30,257 nucleotides of DNA from a virus. Lineage: Duplodnaviria > Caudoviricetes. A program made the translations under genes and the position numbers. The stretch is from positions 1-30,257 of IMG/VR virus record IMGVR_UViG_3300032292_000198. One strand, 5' to 3'. Under the pieces are notes generated by a model. The model saw only the letters and a list, made by a program, of their open reading frames with translations. It did not search any database and had not been told where the DNA came from. Positions 24,774 through 30,257 of the stretch are shown here, in pieces. Position 1 is the first letter of the stretch; every line of letters begins with the position of its first letter.

Positions 24774-26527
24774 TAATTCTCTTTTTTATTTTTAGGTAAA
24801 AACCCTTTGTTAGGCATATCAATTGGACGTGTTGAAACTAAACTTGGGTTTGTAATTACATAACCAAATTTAGCAGCTTTTGCTTGTGCTAATTTTTTTG
24901 TGTTTGCGGTTATGTTTAAACCTGTTCCTTCAAAAACTGCATAAACTTGTTTATTCCACCTGTGATGACAATTTCCACCGCCTTTGTATAACCATATTGA
25001 ATAATAGTCCGTTCCTTTAGGCCCCCAACCTGCGTTTACAACTTGTGTACTCATATTTAAAATGTCTTCTTTACGGTAAATCTTGTTTGCTAAAACCATT
25101 TGTGTACAAAATTCACGTGGATTATCCGTTACTTCTCCTTCGTATTTATAACGAACAACAAATTTAACTCCGTCAATAGTTTTGTCTTGTTTACTTGTTA
25201 TGTTTGGTCTTGCGTCACCTGTTGAAACCAAATTAACAATTTTGTTTAATAAACTTTGTTTAGGTTCTTTACTTAATAGTTCGTTTTCTTTATCGTCATT
25301 TTCGTAGTCAACTTCTTTTTCGTCTATTAAAATCCAATTGTCTTGCGGTTCTTCGCCTAAATCAATTAACGGGTTTGTGTGTGCGCTTAATTCCGTTCCT
25401 GTTTCTTCTGCAACTTGTTCTGCGTTTTGCGTGTTTTCCAAGTCCGTAAATTCTAAAGGTTGTAAAGTCTTAAAAAATAACTTTAATGCAACTCCGTTGT
25501 AAGCTAATATGCTATCAAAAGCATCTAAAATTTCTTCTTGGAACGGTCTAATAACCATATTGTCAAAAAGAATACTTGAATTTTTTAATTCTTCAGCGTT
25601 ACTTGAAAATCCGTTTGTTGAAGCAACTCCAAATAATAAAGGTGAAGTTATGTTGTGTCCTAACATAATCTTGCGTAAACATTCTTCGCTTAAATACGTG
25701 TAGTGTTCTGGAGCATCATTTAAAGGAATATCTTCAACCGTTGTTTTGCTTTCTGCGTTGTTGTTAAACGCTACTATAACTTTTTGTCCCCTACTTCCTG
25801 TAAGTTTGTCAAGTACCTTGTTTGAAATTATTTGTTGTTGTTCGTCTGTTGGAACTCCGTTGTTAAAATTTACAACTTTAGTTCCACTAAATCCGTTCTG
25901 AACTTCGTTAATTAAATAGTCTGCAATTTCTTCTTCTAAAAGTGTATAAGGAACTGCACCTTGATAGTCTGGATATGCGTAATATTTCATTCCAACCGAA
26001 TAAGGTTTGGAAAATAATATTTCTATTTTTTCTTTGCTATAACCAAAAGCGTTAAATCTAATTGGCGCAAACTTTTTAATGTTGTCCCAATTGTCCGAAT
26101 AGTAATAACCTGTAATTTGTCCGTCTTTATCGCATTTTTCAGCTCGTAAAAGATTAACCGGTATATGATATGCTTTTAAAATTTTATCGTGCTTGTCGTT
26201 GTAGTGTACTTGAATAGCAAATTGTCCAAACATTTTTCTATCCAAAACCATTTTTCTAACGTCTTCTTTGTGAAATAAAGACATCATTTGCGCGTATTCG
26301 TTTGGCTTTTTATTAGCGTCTAAAGCACTTAAACCTTTTCCGTAAATTAATCGCGCTACGTTGTTTATAATAGCGTTATTCGTTGTTGAATTGCTATATC
26401 TCTCAATTAAGAATTGAAAGTATTGGTCGCCGTCTTCGGTTAAAAAATCCACCCAATTTTCTCGGTTTGTTTCCGAAACTACAGGAGACGTGTAAGCTGA
26501 CAAATTAAGTACGTGTAAATTATTCAT
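24773..26527 (-). CDS. Portal protein fused to a C-terminal Cys/His (MuF-like) domain
   Basis: Portal-like first ~360 aa; acidic linker; C-domain REFC..M, YRKEDI and KGGGNCHHRW. Confidence 0.8.
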   Translation of the reverse strand: MNNLHVLNLSAYTSPVVSETNRENWVDFLTEDGDQYFQFLIERYSNSTTNNAIINNVARLIYGKGLSALDANKKPNEYAQMMSLFHKEDVRKMVLDRKMFGQFAIQVHYNDKHDKILKAYHIPVNLLRAEKCDKDGQITGYYYSDNWDNIKKFAPIRFNAFGYSKEKIEILFSKPYSVGMKYYAYPDYQGAVPYTLLEEEIADYLINEVQNGFSGTKVVNFNNGVPTDEQQQIISNKVLDKLTGSRGQKVIVAFNNNAESKTTVEDIPLNDAPEHYTYLSEECLRKIMLGHNITSPLLFGVASTNGFSSNAEELKNSSILFDNMVIRPFQEEILDAFDSILAYNGVALKLFFKTLQPLEFTDLENTQNAEQVAEETGTELSAHTNPLIDLGEEPQDNWILIDEKEVDYENDDKENELLSKEPKQSLLNKIVNLVSTGDARPNITSKQDKTIDGVKFVVRYKYEGEVTDNPREFCTQMVLANKIYRKEDILNMSTQVVNAGWGPKGTDYYSIWLYKGGGNCHHRWNKQVYAVFEGTGLNITANTKKLAQAKAAKFGYVITNPSLVSTRPIDMPNKGFLPKNKKEN

Positions 26528-26867
26528 AAACTATAAATTCATTGGTTGTGGAATTAGAAACGTACTGGTTGTTATTTACAGAAAACGTAACTAATGATTG
26601 TGCTGTGCAAAATACTTTATCTTTAAAAATTATGTTTGTACCTACTCTTAAAACCAAAGTATAAGTATGTCCTTCGATTAATTCTAATTGCGAAGCGTTA
26701 AAATTACCTTCAATTGTATTAACATACGCTCCTGTTGTTCTGTTAATAACTGTAATAGTAAATACTTCATTTGTTTGTTCGTCTGTTAGTTCCATAACAT
26801 TCCAAGTGTCATTTCGTGGAATACAACTAAATGTTTGATTGCCCGAAGCAGGTGTCAATACTATCAT
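26520..26867 (-). CDS. Small beta-rich structural protein
   Basis: ORF track; between tail tube and portal, behind a late promoter. Confidence 0.7.
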   Translation of the reverse strand: MIVLTPASGNQTFSCIPRNDTWNVMELTDEQTNEVFTITVINRTTGAYVNTIEGNFNASQLELIEGHTYTLVLRVGTNIIFKDKVFCTAQSLVTFSVNNNQYVSNSTTNEFIVYE

Positions 26868-26899
26868 ATTAGTATAATTAAATATTCGTGTTTTTGTTC
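26868..26899 (-). promoter_or_regulatory. Putative phage-sigma late promoter 3
   Basis: GAACAAA-AACACGAATATTT-AATTA-TACTAAT-ATG, just after a terminator. Confidence 0.7.
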
Positions 26900-26911
26900 T
26901 TTTTTTAAGAC

Positions 26912-26943
26912 AAAAAAAAAGCCGAACTATGAAGAACGGCTTT
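26912..26943 (-). terminator. Rho-independent terminator after the tail tube gene
   Basis: AAAGCCG-ttcttcatagtt-CGGCTTT followed by a T run. Confidence 0.85.
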
Positions 26944-26963
26944 AAAAATAATTTTTTTAAGTA

Positions 26964-27527
26964 TTAAGAAGTAACTACTGTTCCGCCTGTAAATACTTTT
27001 GTTGCACCTACTAAATCTGTATCTGCAAAATTACCCGTTACAAGTAAATGATTTGCAGGAATTGCTTCTTGTCCTACAAGTGTCAAAGTATAACCGTTTA
27101 AGTCACCCATTGCAGTACCGTTCGCAATAAGCCCTGTTGTTACATCCATTCCGTGCTCTAAACCTGCTAAAAAGAAATTGTTAGCGTTAGTCTTAATAAC
27201 TACGTGTGGTCGACCCCAAGCAAGTAATTTCATTTGCTTTGTAGTTGTTGCGTCTAAACCTTTAATTGTAAAAGTTAAAGTTTGTTCTGCAAAAGTAGTT
27301 CCGTTTTCACGTGAACTTGTTATTGTTTGCTCAAAACTATTTGCGCCTTTTAATTCGTATTTATACAAACTTAAAGTTCCTGCAATAGTTGTAATCCTAT
27401 CGGAAGCATCTGTAGTTCCGTAAGTTATAGCGCCTAAAACTCCGTAGGGAATAAAATAAACAGCTTTAATACCGCCTACAAACTCTTTACAAACTTCTAA
27501 ACGTCCGTGTGTTAAATCACAAGCCAT
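26964..27527 (-). CDS. Major tail tube protein
   Basis: Start revised to MACDLTHGR; GGIK.VYF, SRENGT.F.EQ.L and GDLNGYTLT motifs. Confidence 0.75.
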   Translation of the reverse strand: MACDLTHGRLEVCKEFVGGIKAVYFIPYGVLGAITYGTTDASDRITTIAGTLSLYKYELKGANSFEQTITSSRENGTTFAEQTLTFTIKGLDATTTKQMKLLAWGRPHVVIKTNANNFFLAGLEHGMDVTTGLIANGTAMGDLNGYTLTLVGQEAIPANHLLVTGNFADTDLVGATKVFTGGTVVTS

Positions 27528-27554
27528 CTCGTTTTTTGTTTTTAAATGTGAATA

Positions 27555-27582
27555 AAATAAAGCGCAGTTGCCCACGCTTTTT
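27555..27582 (-). terminator. Weak terminator/attenuator after the capsid gene
   Basis: AAAGCGTGG-GCAA-CTGCGCTTT followed by ATTTT. Confidence 0.65.
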
Positions 27583-27590
27583 ATTTAATG

Positions 27591-28544
27591 TTATACTCCG
27601 TAAAGAACTACGTCTGAACCGATACCATATTGAACCGCTCCATTGTAACGCATAATTACACGAACATTTTGTGAACCGTCTATATCAGCCATATCAATTA
27701 CTTTAACAAGTGAATTGTCATTTAAAAGTCCGCAACCAAAATAAAGGTTGTCTACAGTTGTTGCAACCATATTGTTTGCACCAAGTCCGTTAGCCATAAA
27801 AATTGGAATACCGTCGTAAGATAAACTTCCGTTTGTGTACCATTGTGTTCCCTGTGTGTTAACTCCGTTTGCTCCTAATCCACTCGCTCCAAAACCACCC
27901 AATGCACGAACGTATAATTTAGCAATCTTTTGAGATACATAAATTCTTAAATTTTCGTTTCCGTAAAGTGCTGCTGGAATTAAATCTACTGTTCTTCCAA
28001 TTTCGCCAATTACTGTTGTTGCGTCTAAAGTTGTTGTTAATGGTGCTGAAACGTCAATAACGTCTGAGTCTGCTAAAAACAAAGTTTTAAAACCTGCAAA
28101 TTCTCCTGCTGTTGCGTTTGTTCCGTTCCAAATTGTAGTTTCAATTTTAGCTGCAACTTTAGCTGCTACGTGTGCAATTAAAAAGTCTGAAAAAGATTTT
28201 GGCAACGTTTTAAACGATGAATAACCCATTTCAGCTGACTGCCAAGATTGTGCCAAGTCTGACTTGCAAAGTTGTAAATTTACTTGAAATTCTTCTGTTG
28301 TTAATACTCTTTCTGTTAGTGTTATAGTTGATGAAGGTGTAAAATCACAAGTTGCGTTTGCAACGATGTCACCTGTTGCAACTTTTTGCATAACTTGTTT
28401 GTAAGCAACGTTTGGAAGTATAGTTACTCCACCTTGCTCAAGTGTTGGTGCGCTTAATAAAGCTGCTGCTAAATATTTACCCGCAAACTGACCTTCGTAA
28501 GTTGTGGTAATTGATGTTGTTGTACTTAAATTAATGTTTTTCAT
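27591..28544 (-). CDS. Major capsid protein
   Basis: 317 aa after the scaffold; IWNG motif typical of the HK97 fold; followed by a hairpin. Confidence 0.85.
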   Translation of the reverse strand: MKNINLSTTTSITTTYEGQFAGKYLAAALLSAPTLEQGGVTILPNVAYKQVMQKVATGDIVANATCDFTPSSTITLTERVLTTEEFQVNLQLCKSDLAQSWQSAEMGYSSFKTLPKSFSDFLIAHVAAKVAAKIETTIWNGTNATAGEFAGFKTLFLADSDVIDVSAPLTTTLDATTVIGEIGRTVDLIPAALYGNENLRIYVSQKIAKLYVRALGGFGASGLGANGVNTQGTQWYTNGSLSYDGIPIFMANGLGANNMVATTVDNLYFGCGLLNDNSLVKVIDMADIDGSQNVRVIMRYNGAVQYGIGSDVVLYGV

Positions 28545-28562
28545 TGTATAAATTTTTAAAAA

Positions 28563-28985
28563 TTAAACTGTTGTAAATGTAATTGCAGCTGCGGTTGTTC
28601 CTACTCCTGAAACATACCAATTAACGCCGTCACAATTTAATGCAACAAAATCGCCAATTGTGTCAGCAGCGTGTGCAAAAGTAATTGTGTTTCTATTCGC
28701 TGAAGGTACATTAACTGAATTAACAATTGCTCCACCTTGAATAACACTTGTTGCCGCTACAATTGTCCAAGCCGTAGTTGCAAATAACGCTTGTACTGAA
28801 AAACGGAAATTTAAACCTGCTGAAGTTGCTACCGCAGGAAGTGTAATTTGTGCTCCTGCTGCTGCATTCAAATAAAAAAGTTTTCCAGAATCCGCTGCGC
28901 TTAAAGTAGTTGCTGAACTAATTACTTGTGTTTGTAATACTTGACGTAAATCGTCATTTGATATTGAAATTAAAGTTCCACTCAT
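28563..28985 (-). CDS. Capsid decoration / head fibre-like protein
   Basis: Ala/Thr-rich; DSGK.F.L..A.G..ITLPA and CDGVNWYV. Confidence 0.6.
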   Translation of the reverse strand: MSGTLISISNDDLRQVLQTQVISSATTLSAADSGKLFYLNAAAGAQITLPAVATSAGLNFRFSVQALFATTAWTIVAATSVIQGGAIVNSVNVPSANRNTITFAHAADTIGDFVALNCDGVNWYVSGVGTTAAAITFTTV

Positions 28986-29012
28986 TTTTTTTTATTTTAA
29001 AATTGTTAATAT

Positions 29013-29591
29013 TTATTTGTTTATTTTTTCTAAAATTGAATCCATTATTGAACGTGGTCTTTTACTTGCGTATTGAAAATGTTCAACTTCATTCGTGTTT
29101 TCAGGGTTAAAAGAAATTGGCGTGATGTCTGAAAGTTCGGTTACTTCGTTTGTAACTTCGTCAACTTTAGACAACTTTTCTAATTGTGCTTTTAACTCTA
29201 TATTTTCGTTTGTTAATTTTTCTATTTCTGCAAAGAACGTTTCTTTAACTACGCTTTCAATTGTCTTCTTTGCGCTCGGTGTTGCTTGTGCTTCAACTTC
29301 TTCTTCAACTGCTGGAGCTTCTTCTTCAACAACTTCTTCTTCAGTTGCAACTTCTTTTATTTCTAAAATAATTCCTTCAACTTCTACAACTAAAATACGT
29401 CCGTCTTCTAACTCATATTCTCCAATTGGAACGGGTATTTTTTGTTCGTCTTCAGTTACAATAAAAACTTCATTATCCATTTCAAAAGCTTCTGCTTCAA
29501 AAATTGTTATTCCGTCTACTAACTTCATTGTTTCTAAATTCACTTCCATTCCTAAAAGTGATTTAATTTGATTAATTACGCTTTTTTTCAT
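29013..29591 (-). CDS. Head scaffolding protein
   Basis: Very acidic, with PIGEYELEDG and coiled-coil; upstream of the capsid gene. Confidence 0.7.
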   Translation of the reverse strand: MKKSVINQIKSLLGMEVNLETMKLVDGITIFEAEAFEMDNEVFIVTEDEQKIPVPIGEYELEDGRILVVEVEGIILEIKEVATEEEVVEEEAPAVEEEVEAQATPSAKKTIESVVKETFFAEIEKLTNENIELKAQLEKLSKVDEVTNEVTELSDITPISFNPENTNEVEHFQYASKRPRSIMDSILEKINK

Positions 29592-29615
29592 ATTTGGTGT
29601 TTTGTTTTGTTTATT

Positions 29616-30002
29616 TTATAGTGAATTTGCTGACTCTAAACCTTGAATACCTTTTGTAATACCAGAAATTATTTTTAAATTATTTTTTTGTTTTGCTGTT
29701 GATGTTGCTATTATTGACGTAATTTCTTTTGGTAAATCAAGACCTAATTCTTTTGCTTTAATTTGATATTTAGAAATATTACTTAATAAAACATTTGTTC
29801 CCGCTTCAACTTCTTTATACATATTTAAAGCTATTTTTGTATCTTGCAATAACTTATCAACTAATAAAGACGCTTTATTACTATCAGCTGCGTTGTCTTT
29901 ATAAAATTTTATTAAATCATCTGCTAAAGATAAATCTACTTCGTGTTTTGCTAACTCCGTCTTGTCTTGTAACTTGTTGTAAATAGTTTGTAGTGTGTTC
30001 AT
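29616..30002 (-). CDS. Coiled-coil putative internal head protein, paralog of 358..780
   Basis: EVDLSLADDL and AKELGL motifs. Confidence 0.65.
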   Translation of the reverse strand: MNTLQTIYNKLQDKTELAKHEVDLSLADDLIKFYKDNAADSNKASLLVDKLLQDTKIALNMYKEVEAGTNVLLSNISKYQIKAKELGLDLPKEITSIIATSTAKQKNNLKIISGITKGIQGLESANSL

Positions 30003-30034
30003 ATATGTATAATTTAATTGTTTATTTTTTGTTG
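30003..30034 (-). promoter_or_regulatory. Putative phage-sigma late promoter 4
   Basis: CAACAAA-AAATAAACAATTA-AATTA-TACATAT-ATG. Confidence 0.7.
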
Positions 30035-30044
30035 TATTTTCAAA

Positions 30045-30191
30045 TTAGATTGCGCCTATTCCTTGCGCTTGTAAACTACCGTCACAACATTTTATTGAGT
30101 ATGTTTTTCCGTCTTTACATAGGCAACCACGTTGTCCGCCTTTTGGACTTGTTTTCGCTTGTGCTACTTTTTTTGTTATTTTTTTACTCAT
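30045..30191 (-). CDS. 48-aa basic Cys-rich peptide (CLC...CC)
   Basis: Start revised to MSKKITKK; its 5' part is repeated at 1-57. Confidence 0.7.
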   Translation of the reverse strand: MSKKITKKVAQAKTSPKGGQRGCLCKDGKTYSIKCCDGSLQAQGIGAI

Positions 30192-30257
30192 TGTTAGTAT
30201 TTTTTTAGTGCTTCTGTAACCCACGACTGTATTCAAGAACGCAGTTCTCTTAAAAAA
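30135..30257. repeat. Terminal direct repeat, right copy
   Basis: Identical to 1-123. Confidence 0.95.

Noticed and set aside
1146-30208. All plus-strand ORFs in the track
   Set aside because: They are antisense shadows of well-supported minus-strand genes, with Ser/Phe/Ile-rich non-protein-like composition

Overview
The window is a complete, circularly permuted tailed-phage genome of about 30,134 bp. Bases 1-123 repeat as 30135-30257. It is AT-rich, and every credible gene lies on the minus strand. Bacteroidota-type promoters (TAnnTTTG) and A-rich starts without Shine-Dalgarno sites point to a Flavobacteriia-like host. A tape measure, a tail tube and no sheath indicate a siphovirus. In transcription order the modules are: early microproteins; replication and recombination (initiator with internal iterons, helicase, PAPS-reductase-like protein, NinG, ERF, YqaJ-like exonuclease, SSB); a phage sigma factor; a ParB-methyltransferase; terminase; tail; protease and core proteins; scaffold, capsid and tail tube; portal fusion; Ig-domain fibre; lysis; metallophosphoesterase. 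No integrase, DNA polymerase, tRNA or CRISPR array was seen. The most interesting signals are regulatory: (1) a fixed-spacing AACAAA-N13-AATTA-N5-AT-ATG motif before four late modules, with an inverted copy over the sigma gene's own promoter; (2) a kissing-loop terminator leader before the replication initiator; (3) a candidate ~60-nt sRNA antisense to the start sites of many early genes; (4) a Fur-box-like site upstream of the early promoter; (5) a -1 frameshift with a fully dual-coded segment; (6) an in-frame amber codon in a tail gene; (7) a shared [E/N/D/K]L-[S/A] motif, possibly a maturation-cleavage site, across head proteins. All protein calls come from motif recognition by eye, without database searches.
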